A stretch of 64,000 nt of DNA. Source: a virus (taxonomy: Duplodnaviria > Heunggongvirae > Uroviricota > Caudoviricetes). Made by a program: the position numbers and the translations under genes. Shown piece after piece: positions 39,302 through 47,928 of this stretch. A model generated the notes under the pieces. That model was not told the origin of the DNA. It made no database searches and saw only the letters and a list, made by a program, of their open reading frames with translations. The stretch is taken from positions 18,271 to 82,270 of the IMG/VR virus record IMGVR_UViG_3300031857_000071; one strand, given 5' to 3'. The first letter of the stretch is position 1. Each line of letters opens with the position of its first letter.

Positions 39302-39727
39302 TTTTTAACTTCAAAATCTCGCCTGATAATTTCAGCAATATCAACATCACCATCCCGTACATATTTGTCGGCAACCTCAGCACACCGTTTCACAATCAAT
39401 TCAGTAAACTTTTCCAGTGTGGATTTCCATTTTGCATGGTCCTTACCCAATGCATACACATCGAGGTGTGATTCTCTTGCAAATTCCATAATTCGTTCGT
39501 TCATAGGTAACTTTTCCCAAATACTTTGTGAATACACATTTTGTTACCAACACCATCCTCACGGTCAGCAATCATGCTCATATCAAATTCTGTTGGATAA
39601 TGACGGAGTAGATGTAGAGCCTGTTTCCGTACACCGGATGGCACACGTGGTGTTTTCTTTGGATCAAGGAGTTCCAATAGGAATTTCTGTGTGTTAATCA
39701 CAGCGTTTGTGCGTTCTACAGGTACAG

Positions 39728-40141
39728 TCATAGTTTTTCCACTACAATTTTATTTCCAAAATCTTCACCAAACGAAATGTTTTCGTGGTACACTTTCACC
39801 AAGCCCTTCCGTGAGAGTCCTTCAATAGCAAGAAACGCACAGAATGCATTCATTCTTTCAGATACTTGTTCAGCATCTTTTGATTGTTCGAGTCCTTCAC
39901 CGGTGGCTAGCATCTCGGAGATGAGTAGGACTTCATCAAGGCGTGAGTTTTCCTCATTATCGGCAATCTTTAGGAGTGTGTCCACATCCGAATCAGATAG
40001 TGCTTTCAGAAAATCACCAGGTCGCATATAACCAGAATCGGATAGGTCCATAGCAAGGGTACGGGTAAGGGGTAGGAAGTCCTTGCATTTTATCACCTTA
40101 TCGTATGAAATGGCAATAGGTCCTTCATCAAAATCATCCAT
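39728..40141 (-). CDS. Hypothetical acidic protein
   Basis: 137-aa ORF. Confidence 0.3.
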   Translation of the reverse strand: MDDFDEGPIAISYDKVIKCKDFLPLTRTLAMDLSDSGYMRPGDFLKALSDSDVDTLLKIADNEENSRLDEVLLISEMLATGEGLEQSKDAEQVSERMNAFCAFLAIEGLSRKGLVKVYHENISFGEDFGNKIVVEKL

Positions 40142-40374
40142 AATATGCTCCTTTTAAAGAATTTTACCAATACCGTGGTAAATCAGGTCATCAAGTTCTT
40201 TTTGATAATCTTTACCTTCCCTACGTTTCTGCCAAATCGCACTGATAATCTCATTCATTTGTTCGGAAGTGGCATAATCACCAATGGACAGATTCCGATA
40301 TTTAACTTCATTCAGCAGGTCATCATCTTCAATTTGGTCCAAATCAACATCAACATCAACAGTAACATAAGCCA

Positions 40375-40782
40375 TTATTCAGTCTCCTTTTCTGTGCAAA
40401 ACTCTTTAAAATAACTCCATGGTCCGGTGAATAGGTGCTCACCTTCCCAGCCAAACACGGTGATACGGTCAGAATAAATGTGGTACTCATATTCTTGACC
40501 ACAATCTTTGGTTGTCACTGGGTAGATATAGAAACCACCAACACCGGTTTTAAAATGTGCAATCATTTGTGCGGCGAGGCAACCCATACCGTTAGCCACT
40601 TTCCGCTTTTCATCAAACGGAATACCATTTACAATCGCATTAAATGAATTCAGAAATTCAGCCAGTTCAGCACCGTGACCGGACGGATAACCATCAAACT
40701 GGCGGTACATATTGATAATCGGTTCAGGTGATTCACCTTCATAATGGTCAGTGTAAACAAAGGTAAGAGAGCGAGTTCCCAT
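40375..40782 (-). CDS. Hypothetical protein
   Basis: 135-aa ORF. Confidence 0.3.
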   Translation of the reverse strand: MGTRSLTFVYTDHYEGESPEPIINMYRQFDGYPSGHGAELAEFLNSFNAIVNGIPFDEKRKVANGMGCLAAQMIAHFKTGVGGFYIYPVTTKDCGQEYEYHIYSDRITVFGWEGEHLFTGPWSYFKEFCTEKETE

Positions 40783-40796
40783 GATATAATTCCTTT

Positions 40797-41201
40797 TCAG
40801 TTTGTTTTAAATGAGTCAAACCATGCGAGTAGAATATCCCTAGCTTCCGAGCGGGATATTGCAAACTCACGTTCCAGATAGGGTGCCGCACCCCACATAT
40901 TAGTTTCACCAGAATCCCGTAGTTCAACGAGATAATCAAAATATTCTTTCATTTCATTTTCCTTATCAAAACCAAGTGCAATATACACACATTCACGCAC
41001 GGCTGTATCTGTAGCCTCACCGAAATCATTGGGAAACCTTCGTGACAGGCTTTCCAATTCATCATATACTTGATTCCAATTCATTTTGAGATTCCGTGCC
41101 ATACGGACAATGGAATGAACGGCATCATTACCAAAATCGGTATACATTGCATAATAGGGTGTAGGAAAATCAACGGGGTTATTTGTATTTGTGGAGTGCA
41201 T
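40797..41201 (-). CDS. Hypothetical protein
   Basis: 134-aa ORF. Confidence 0.3.
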   Translation of the reverse strand: MHSTNTNNPVDFPTPYYAMYTDFGNDAVHSIVRMARNLKMNWNQVYDELESLSRRFPNDFGEATDTAVRECVYIALGFDKENEMKEYFDYLVELRDSGETNMWGAAPYLEREFAISRSEARDILLAWFDSFKTN

Positions 41202-42263
41202 AATGTTCTTTCAATATGGATAAGCCGAGAAAGTCTTTGCGTCCTTCATTAGACAATATGATGCACGGTTCATCCATCCGTCATTCTTCCGATGTGCCCG
41301 TGGTCCACGGAAACGGATTTTGTATTTACCAGGGTAAACAGAACGAAACTCATTCAGAAGATGAATTGGTATGTTAGTGAACACTGCGGCAGTATTCATC
41401 CGAGAATAGAATCGAAAAATATTAGACATTATGCCATCCATGGTTCATCAAAAGTATATGCATCAGATGCCAGATTCATCTCCTGAATTACAATAGAGAT
41501 ATGATATTCAGCATCAGTCCGAGAATAAAAGGTTTCTACAAGGGTTCCAGAATAGAATACCTCATAGAGTCCATCATCATTTTCAATAATATCAAACATT
41601 ATTCGTCCTCATCAACAGTAGCAAAGAGTTTAGCACCTTCGTCCATAAAGACAGAGAATGCCATCATAGTCTTTTCAGAATAGATCATTCTCCCATGCTT
41701 TTGAATGTCCTGAAGTAACTCCAAGAAACCAATTCCAAGAAAATTACGTTCTTTATCCAAGATAGAAATTGCAGTAGTGATTTTCATAGTAACTCCGTCA
41801 TTAAACCTTATAAACCTTTTCTTCAACAACGGGATAAACTGCCCTGAATGTAATCTTAGAACAATCAGAATAACGTTTCTTCAAGAAATTCCGAATTGCG
41901 GATACAGACTTAAAATAACCAGTAGCTTCAATCCACTGTCCTTCAAAATAAACCGAATACTGTTTCATAGTCATCCTTTGTTATCAATCAATAGAGAGAA
42001 TTATACACGTTCCAAGGAGAAAGGCAAGTAACCAAAAAGTTCTCCATCCTTCCGGTCAACTATTCACCGTTTGTAGTGAACCGGACGCTCATAACGACCT
42101 TCAGAGTCCCGATAAAGAGAGACATAATGACCGTATTTACTTCCATCATCAAAAGTATATGAGAAGGTAGAATCATAGGAGAGTGGAGGGAAGTTTAGTG
42201 CCCAAGATTCCAATAATCCTTCAGATTCAAGAGCAGAATTGAGGGTGGGAAAGAAGTTTTGTT

Positions 42264-42413
42264 TCATACGAATAAATCTCCATAATATTCTTCATCAAAA
42301 GCATCAAAATCCTTTTGTATCCATTCAATAGTATAACCATTAGAAGAATACTCAGAAGCCATTTTCTCCAATTCAGCGAGAGCCATAGAAGGAGAAAGTT
42401 TCTGATTAGCCAT
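42264..42413 (-). CDS. Small hypothetical protein. The track ORF 42264-42575 is trimmed to an internal Met.
   Basis: MANQKLSPSMALAELEKMASEYSSNGYTIEWIQKDFDAFDEEYYGDLFV. The upstream part of the track ORF is low-complexity and lies in the non-coding repeat region. Confidence 0.3.
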   Translation of the reverse strand: MANQKLSPSMALAELEKMASEYSSNGYTIEWIQKDFDAFDEEYYGDLFV

Positions 42414-42621
42414 TAGAGAGAGGTTGGAGCAATGCATAAAGTTATTAGAATCTTTATGTGCGGAGACCTGAATGAATTGGCGGGTGTTTGTGTTTGTCTG
42501 TGTCATGGATGGTATTATAGCGGAGATGGTAGGAATGGCAATAGGGTGGATGGAGGTGTTGCTCAAATACAACATGGAACATGGAATCTTTATAGGAAGA
42601 ACCAGTATGCAATATAGTGCA

Positions 42622-42641
42622 TGTGGATAACCTGTGGATAA
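42622..42641. promoter_or_regulatory. Two tandem perfect DnaA-box 9-mers (TTATCCACA on the minus strand) 11 bp apart
   Basis: Plus strand tgtggataacctgtggataa. Confidence 0.4.
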
Positions 42642-42964
42642 CTTTTTGGAATGTGCATGGAATGTGTAGCGGGACCTTAATTACTGACCAGTCAGTCAGT
42701 ATGTCGCTGGATGTGTCGCTGGCCATCGGCAGTGTGAAGTTCTTATTTAGTCTTAGTTGCTGGCTGTGAGCGCCTGAAATTTTCTCAGAGTGTCTCAGAG
42801 TACCACAGCACGTTCCAGTGGGTTCCAGCACGTTCCAGCATGTCCCTTGACGGTGTGGTAGAGTACCATTCAGAGCAGTGCAGAGGTGCTGGAGTGTGTT
42901 TGGGTGCTTCACGCATCCAGCGGGCAGCCTCTACGTCCATCCCCAGTGTGCTGTTCGAACCATG

Positions 42965-43010
42965 TGTCTATTATAACCGAAAAAACGCCACCTGGCAACC
43001 ACCAGGCGGC
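42965..43010 (-). terminator. Rho-independent terminator whose 3' arm and T-run overlap an early promoter
   Basis: Minus strand GCCGCCTGGTGGTTGCCAGGTGGC + GTTTTTTCGG. Also TTGCCA-N17-TATAAT. Confidence 0.5.
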
Positions 43011-43032
43011 TCACTGTTGTTTCTTTACAACA

Positions 43033-43260
43033 TCATTCTTCCTCAGAGAATCCTTCAGAGAGGACTATCTGGTCCTCATAGTAGTTCCGTTCCTCCTCCA
43101 TGCACAGGTTACCCTCTACCTCGAACACCAGGTCCGTGGCAGTCTTTTCATCACACCCAGTGGTGGACTTCACAAATGCAATAATGTCCTCGAATGCATC
43201 GCCATTGGAGATGCAGGTTTCAATATCCATCAGCAGGTCTTTCATCTTACTCATCATCTT
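43033..43260 (-). CDS. Small acidic hypothetical protein. The start is trimmed to avoid overlap with the upstream gene.
   Basis: MSKMKDLLMDIETCISNGDAFEDIIAFVKSTTGCDEKTATDLVFEVEGNLCMEEERNYYEDQIVLSEGFSEEE. GC-rich codons. Confidence 0.35.
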   Translation of the reverse strand, partial: KMMSKMKDLLMDIETCISNGDAFEDIIAFVKSTTGCDEKTATDLVFEVEGNLCMEEERNYYEDQIVLSEGFSEEE

Positions 43261-43726
43261 CCTCCTGTTCGGCTTCCCAATCGGCCATCTGGTCGGAGAT
43301 ACAGAATTCCTCATCCAATTCGGTCGGGAGAGTGTCTGCCACCTCTGCCGCATTCATGTCCGAGTATTCATAATAATCATCGAAGCCGTCTTCATACAGT
43401 CCAGCAAAGGCCATACCGGGTTCATAGTACATCGCCTTGACCTCGAAACCCATTTCTTCCATCGCACGGTACGCCTCTGTGGGTGGTGCCCAAGCGGAGT
43501 CGAAGGAGATTTTCAGGGTGTTTGGATTGGGTCGAATGTAGCCATTGTCACCACCGACATCCCATTTGGTGCCCCAGTTGGACACGCACCAATCATAATC
43601 CCATTCACCCTCATAGGGTACCAATGTTTCCAGCAGTTTACCATCAGTGAAACCAGCCACCGCCTTGTCAATCATGGCTGGGTCATCATGTTTCAGTGTG
43701 AGAGAATTAGAGCACCAATTTGGCAT
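43247..43726 (-). CDS. Hypothetical protein with an acidic C-terminal tail
   Basis: 159 aa, N-terminus MPNWCSNSLTLKHDDPAMIDK. GC-rich codon usage. Confidence 0.4.
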   Translation of the reverse strand: MPNWCSNSLTLKHDDPAMIDKAVAGFTDGKLLETLVPYEGEWDYDWCVSNWGTKWDVGGDNGYIRPNPNTLKISFDSAWAPPTEAYRAMEEMGFEVKAMYYEPGMAFAGLYEDGFDDYYEYSDMNAAEVADTLPTELDEEFCISDQMADWEAEQEEDDE

Positions 43727-43742
43727 GTTTCGTCCTTTGTTG

Positions 43743-43798
43743 AATGAATGATTGTATTATACAGGTTCTGGTTGGTTTGGCAACCATTACTTGACCGG
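43743..43798 (-). promoter_or_regulatory. Repeat cassette R1: inverted repeat TTGACC-N5-GGTCAA plus early promoter TTGCCA-N17-TATAAT
   Basis: Plus strand attatacaggttctggttggtttggcaaccattacttgaccggattggtcaac, upstream of the gene starting at 43726. Confidence 0.55.
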
Positions 43799-43921
43799 AT
43801 TGGTCAACTTCTTGTGGGTCACACCTTTCCGATAGGTGATATCGGGAATGCGGTGCGTCCTGTCTTTGAGCCAGTTTACCATGTAGGTCCATCGGGTGTC
43901 CATATTATTCTCCTTCATTAA

Positions 43922-44803
43922 TTAACCACAGATTGTGTATTCTGCCAAATCTTTCCACTTGGCACCAGCCGACTTGCGGATTTTGGTGGTCTGGATCAGT
44001 GTACGGAGTGACAGTTCTTTAACGTCATCTTGGAGGTTGTCAATCAGGTCCAGTGCATCGGACTTTTCTGTCTTTGAATACTCTGGCATAAATTCTGGCT
44101 GAGCCACAATGTAACGCATACGCTCCACCTTTTGCTCGGTCGTCATGGTCAGGTCAACCGCCATCGAACGGGTGATGATGGCTTGGTCCATCGAATCGGA
44201 GGACAGGTTGGAGATGAACACCACACGGCCTTTGAATTCGAAGGATTGTGGCAACTCGTCATCCTTCATGTCGGCACGCCATGAAATCACACGGCGAGAG
44301 TAGGAGTCCAAAGCACCTTTGAGCAGGTTCAGAGAGACCGGATCCTTTAGCACCGAGTCGCAATCATCAAAAACGACCACGCCGTCCTTGTTTTCGTACA
44401 GTGTACGGTAGAGGCCCTTAGGTGTAGAATAACCTTTAATGACACGGTAGGATTTTGAGGTGTTGAGTTTACCACCGACCTCGAATTCATCAAGGAGGGT
44501 AACGTCCCGCATACCGGCATCATTCAGTGCCTTGGTGACGGTGTGGGACTTTCCCAAGCCACCGGGACCAGAAACCACCACCGATGCTTGGTCGCCTTTG
44601 ACCAACATGTTGACCATGTCAGACACAAAGCCGAACCGCTGGTTGATGGTGAAGCGGGACTCCTTGACATTGATGGAAACACCACCGGGAGCGCCTGTAG
44701 CCTTTTTGATGACATAATCCATGTGCGCCTTGTTGGTGCGCTTCACCACCTTGCCATTGATGTTGGCAACGTACTTACCATTAATGAACTTGACTTCAAT
44801 CAT
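43922..44803 (-). CDS. P-loop NTPase, possibly AAA+/helicase-loader-like
   Basis: Walker A SGPGGLGKSHTV, Walker B GVVVFDDCD, 293 aa. Confidence 0.45.
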   Translation of the reverse strand: MIEVKFINGKYVANINGKVVKRTNKAHMDYVIKKATGAPGGVSINVKESRFTINQRFGFVSDMVNMLVKGDQASVVVSGPGGLGKSHTVTKALNDAGMRDVTLLDEFEVGGKLNTSKSYRVIKGYSTPKGLYRTLYENKDGVVVFDDCDSVLKDPVSLNLLKGALDSYSRRVISWRADMKDDELPQSFEFKGRVVFISNLSSDSMDQAIITRSMAVDLTMTTEQKVERMRYIVAQPEFMPEYSKTEKSDALDLIDNLQDDVKELSLRTLIQTTKIRKSAGAKWKDLAEYTICG

Positions 44804-44873
44804 ATAAACCTTTCAATTGTCAATACCATGTTGAAAAACACCACCGGGAGAGATGCTTTTTAATATGGTATCG

Positions 44874-44927
44874 ATTATACCAGAACCAGCAGGTTCTGGC
44901 AACCAATACTTGACCGGACAGGTCAAC
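44874..44927 (-). promoter_or_regulatory. Repeat cassette R2
   Basis: attataccagaaccagcaggttctggcaaccaatacttgaccggacaggtcaac. Reads on the minus strand as TTGACC-TGTCC-GGTCAA ... TTGCCA-N17-TGGTATAAT. Confidence 0.55.
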
Positions 44928-45201
44928 CTTTCGTCACAATGACGGGACCAGGTTTCCGTGCGGCTTTGCGAGCCTTCACGCCAACGGGGTTGGCCTTGTC
45001 CATAAGGCGAGCCAGTGTGGCTTGCGCCTTGCGGATGGACTCTTGGCGCTTTGCTTCCTTAGCGGTCGCCTTGGCCTGTACAGCCCGTTCCTTTTCGACC
45101 TTCACAGCCTCAGCCAATTCCTTGACGGAGACCTTAGCCTGTGCCAAAGCCGTACGGGCGGCGGCCAAAGCCACCTGGAGTTCTGTTTTTGCTTTCATCA
45201 T
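44923..45201 (-). CDS. Ala/Lys-rich histone H1-like / AlgP-like basic coiled-coil protein
   Basis: 92 aa, AKxxAxKAxxA periodic repeats. GC-rich codons. Confidence 0.45.
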   Translation of the reverse strand: MMKAKTELQVALAAARTALAQAKVSVKELAEAVKVEKERAVQAKATAKEAKRQESIRKAQATLARLMDKANPVGVKARKAARKPGPVIVTKG

Positions 45202-45225
45202 TCACCTTTCACATTAAAAACACAA

Positions 45226-45278
45226 TTATACCACCTGGCTACCATTTTGGCAACCAATACTTGACCGGACTGGTCAAC
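45226..45278 (-). promoter_or_regulatory. Repeat cassette R3
   Basis: attataccacctggctaccattttggcaaccaatacttgaccggactggtcaac. Confidence 0.55.
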
Positions 45279-45555
45279 AATCGGGGTCGAAGGACTCCCA
45301 CTCTTGGGCTTCGTCCGGTTGACCGTCATCCTCTGGCTCCATCTCGGAGTCGGTGAGACCTTCCACGAAAATGCCGTCCTCGGTCAAGGAGTCCACGTAG
45401 TCGTTGAAACCACAACGGAATGCTACTGGATCAACCTCACGCAGGACGTGGGAAGCGGAGTAGGTCATACCGCACAGTTCCACCGGACCCTCACAATCGT
45501 CCAGCATTTCCTCATACATTTCCAAGGCGGTTCGTTCGGATATCACTTGTTGCAT
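45274..45555 (-). CDS. Small acidic hypothetical protein
   Basis: 93 aa, high GC. Confidence 0.35.
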   Translation of the reverse strand: MQQVISERTALEMYEEMLDDCEGPVELCGMTYSASHVLREVDPVAFRCGFNDYVDSLTEDGIFVEGLTDSEMEPEDDGQPDEAQEWESFDPDC

Positions 45556-45586
45556 GTTCTTTCCTTTTCTTTCACAATATGGATTG

Positions 45587-45640
45587 GATTATACAGGTTT
45601 CGGTAGGTTTGTCAACCAATACTTGACCGGATTGGTCAGG
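45587..45640 (-). promoter_or_regulatory. Repeat cassette R4 (here the -35 is TTGACA)
   Basis: ggattatacaggtttcggtaggtttgtcaaccaatacttgaccggattggtcag. Confidence 0.55.
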
Positions 45641-45845
45641 TATCAAATTCGCAGGACTGGTTCAGGAACAGGTCCAGTTCCAATCCTTCGTTCAAAATAG
45701 CGGCAACTTCCATTGCCTCTTCCTCGGTATCGAACCGGTCGATGGACTCTCCGGAACGGACAGAATCGGACAATTGGGTCCAGCGGACCACACGGAAGTC
45801 CATGGTTTTGTCGTGGTATTCGGTGGTGTAGGTTTTGTTCATCAT
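45636..45845 (-). CDS. Small hypothetical protein. The N-terminal extension of the track ORF is rejected.
   Basis: MMNKTYTTEYHDKTMDFRVVRWTQLSD... The upstream 85 codons of track ORF 45636-46103 are read-through of repeat cassettes R5/R6. Confidence 0.3.
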   Translation of the reverse strand: MMNKTYTTEYHDKTMDFRVVRWTQLSDSVRSGESIDRFDTEEEAMEVAAILNEGLELDLFLNQSCEFDT

Positions 45846-45850
45846 GTCGT

Positions 45851-45915
45851 GGATTATACAGGTACCAGCAGGTTTGGCAACCATGCTGGCAATACTTGAC
45901 CAAAATGGTGGGTCA
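45851..45915 (-). promoter_or_regulatory. Repeat cassette R5 (inverted-repeat spacer about 9)
   Basis: ggattatacaggtaccagcaggtttggcaaccatgctggcaatacttgaccaaaatggtgggtca. Confidence 0.5.
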
Positions 45916-45967
45916 TTAATATGGCACCCAGCCTCCACGTCCACCCCAGTCCTGCTTTCGAATAGGT

Positions 45968-46072
45968 CCATTATACCAGAACCAGCCGGTTTGGCAAGTA
46001 ACCAAAAAGTACTCCATCCTTCCGGTGGGTCATTCCAACGGATGGTTGCCATTTCCGCTGGTTCTGGTATAC
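45968..46072. promoter_or_regulatory. Repeat cassette R6: divergent promoter pair. The minus-strand promoter is CTTGCCA-N17-TATAAT and the plus-strand promoter is TTGCCA-N16-TATACT driving gene 46089.
   Basis: cattataccagaaccagccggtttggcaag ... ggttgccatttccgctggttctggtatact, then RBS AAGGAAA and ATG at 46089. Confidence 0.5.
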
Positions 46073-46088
46073 TCCATTCCATAGTGAA

Positions 46089-46850
46089 TTGAAAAGGAAA
46101 CAAAAAATGAAATTACTCTCCACTGGCAACCCTAAGGTCCTCAAGGGCATGGCTCAAGGCTACAATACCTACATCCTGCACCTCGCACCAGCCAACCTGT
46201 CCGGCTTTGAGACCTGCGCCAAGCGGACCGCTGGTTGCACGGCGGCATGCCTGAACCTCGCTGGACGTGGTGGTATGTTCAAAAAAGGCGAGACCACCAA
46301 CGTTATCCAAAAGGCTAGAATCCGCAAAACCCAAATGTTTTTTGAGGCTCGCACCGGTTTTATGGAATGGCTTGTTGCCGATATTGAATTGGCCATTAAA
46401 CAATCCGCCAAAATCAATATGGTCCCAGTGATTCGCCTTAATGGTACATCGGACCTGGCATTCGAAAAGTATGCCGCCATCCGTAATGGTGTAGAATATA
46501 AAAACATTTTCATGGCATTCCCTGAAATTCAATTCTACGATTATACCAAGATTCTCGGCCGTAAAATTGCCGATTATCCCAATTATCACCTGACATTCTC
46601 CGCAGCCGATGGTAATGATTCGGACGTTGAAAAGGCTATTGCCCAAGGTTATAATGTAGCCGTGGTTTTTGGTATTAAGAAAACCCTCCCAATGCCTGCC
46701 GATTATCTCAATATGCCAGTTTTTAATGGTGACGAATCGGACCTCCGTTTTCTGGATCCAAAAGGTTCGGTTATTGGCTTATATGCCAAAGGCAAAGCCA
46801 AAAAAGATAATACTGGCTTTGTGAAATTCATTCAATTGGTCGCCGCTTAA
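46089..46850 (+). CDS. Hypothetical conserved phage protein (KxLSTGNPKxxKG N-terminal motif, Cys cluster CxxxxxxCxxxC)
   Basis: 253-aa ORF with good RBS. GC-rich codons. Confidence 0.4.
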   Translation: MKRKQKMKLLSTGNPKVLKGMAQGYNTYILHLAPANLSGFETCAKRTAGCTAACLNLAGRGGMFKKGETTNVIQKARIRKTQMFFEARTGFMEWLVADIELAIKQSAKINMVPVIRLNGTSDLAFEKYAAIRNGVEYKNIFMAFPEIQFYDYTKILGRKIADYPNYHLTFSAADGNDSDVEKAIAQGYNVAVVFGIKKTLPMPADYLNMPVFNGDESDLRFLDPKGSVIGLYAKGKAKKDNTGFVKFIQLVAA

Positions 46851-46865
46851 TATAAAGGAAACATT

Positions 46866-47087
46866 ATGTCCAAAATCAAATTACCATTCGAATGCATGGT
46901 TGGAACCGAGAATGAGGTTATTACCAATCCATTTTCTGGTCAATCCATTACATTATCTCCAGAGGCAGTTGCCGTATATGATACCATTATGGGTTGCCAA
47001 TTAATCGGGGATTATAAGAGAATGCAAAAGGGGCTGGATTGGTTCCGGCGCCACTTCCCAGAGGCTTACATGGTGCTCCTGGATTGA
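46866..47087 (+). CDS. Hypothetical protein
   Basis: 73-aa ORF, RBS AAAGGAAACA. Confidence 0.35.
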   Translation: MSKIKLPFECMVGTENEVITNPFSGQSITLSPEAVAVYDTIMGCQLIGDYKRMQKGLDWFRRHFPEAYMVLLD

Positions 47088-47150
47088 CCCACCACTCCGG
47101 TCAAGTATTCCAAGCATGGTTGCCAAAACCGGGCCCTTCCGCCATAATCC
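47084..47150 (+). promoter_or_regulatory. Repeat cassette R7 in plus orientation (TTGACC-N9-GGTCAA, TTGCCA-N17-CATAAT)
   Basis: Plus strand ggtcaagtattccaagcatggttgccaaaaccgggcccttccgccataatcc. Confidence 0.5.
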
Positions 47151-47179
47151 AACCATGTTGAATTTGAAAGGAAACAAAA

Positions 47180-47379
47180 TGACAGGTCAAGACCTCTCCA
47201 AGGCACTGGTTGCCGCCATCCAGAACCGCCAAGCCGTGCGTGGTTACAACCAGCAGGATGCCAATGCCTACACCGTTGGATACCTTGAGTCCCTCATTGG
47301 TACCTTGTGCAACCTCTCGCCTAAGGTCAAAAAAGAGGTTTTGAGCACCTTGGTATACGTAACCAATAATAAGGAGTAA
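47180..47379 (+). CDS. Hypothetical protein. The track ORF 47116-47379 is trimmed to the ATG after RBS AAAGGAAACAAA.
   Basis: MTGQDLSKALVAAIQNRQAVRGYNQQDANAYTVGYLESLIGTLCNLSPKVKKEVLSTLVYVTNNKE. Confidence 0.35.
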
Positions 47380-47382
47380 ATT

Positions 47383-47601
47383 ATGACTGATTTTGAAACC
47401 AAGTGCTATGGCATGAGCCAAGCCGATATCCGGAGCCAGTATATGGAGGGCTTGACCGCTCGCCTCTCCGGCTTGGAAATGGTGGTGATGGGCATCCTGT
47501 CCGATTGTCAGGAACTACAGGCTATGGGTCGGAATGAGGCAGTCCGTAAGCAATTGAACGTGGCTAAATTTATATTGTCGGAAATGATGGAGGGTAAGTA
47601 A
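47383..47601 (+). CDS. Hypothetical protein
   Basis: 72-aa ORF coupled to the upstream gene. Confidence 0.35.
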   Translation: MTDFETKCYGMSQADIRSQYMEGLTARLSGLEMVVMGILSDCQELQAMGRNEAVRKQLNVAKFILSEMMEGK

Positions 47602-47602
47602 T

Positions 47603-47707
47603 ATGTTTTCAGAAAATAAGTGGGAAGACCTTGCATTCAAGGTGGTGGCGGTGCTAGGCTTGGTGGTGGTGTTGCTGGACCTGCTATATTGGCGGGCAGG
47701 CTAAAGG
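47603..47707 (+). CDS. Small hydrophobic peptide (34 aa)
   Basis: RBS GGAGGG 8 nt upstream. MFSENKWEDLAFKVVAVLGLVVVLLDLLYWRAG. Confidence 0.3.
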
Positions 47708-47728
47708 TTGGGGACCAGTTGGTCGGAG

Positions 47729-47752
47729 GGACGCTTAGGCGTCCTTTTTTTG
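47729..47752 (+). terminator. Rho-independent terminator ending the plus-strand island operon
   Basis: GGACGCttagGCGTCC followed by TTTTTTT. Confidence 0.6.
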
Positions 47753-47928
47753 TGCTTAAAAATACCAGAGACAGTGCCTTAAAGGTAATACTATGTAAGT
47801 AATTTTGTGCTATGGCCCAAACTCTTTTTTCCCTATTTTTATTTTCTGGGGCCCCTAGCACGTTTTCGAATTTTTCACTTTCACATACCTTCGGAATTTT
47901 CTCCGGACCCCTCCACGTTTTTTCGAAT

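Noticed and set aside
42454-42912. Track ORF, minus strand, 152 aa (H/T/C/L-rich)
   Set aside because: Low-complexity translation of the repeat/DnaA-box region. No RBS and no codon periodicity. Treated as non-coding.
42840-43440. Track ORFs on the plus strand (114 aa and 184 aa)
   Set aside because: They overlap better-supported minus-strand genes and the terminator region. Artefacts of the GC-rich composition.
45636-46103. Full 155-aa track ORF
   Set aside because: The N-terminal 85 codons are translations of repeat cassettes R5 and R6 (LAKPAGSGIM / VAKPAGTCII). The real gene most likely starts at the internal Met near 45845.
43700-47160. Spaced repeats considered as a CRISPR array
   Set aside because: The repeats are about 55 bp, spaced irregularly (0.3-1.1 kb) with protein-coding genes between them. 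They contain clear -35/-10 promoter elements. No cas genes.
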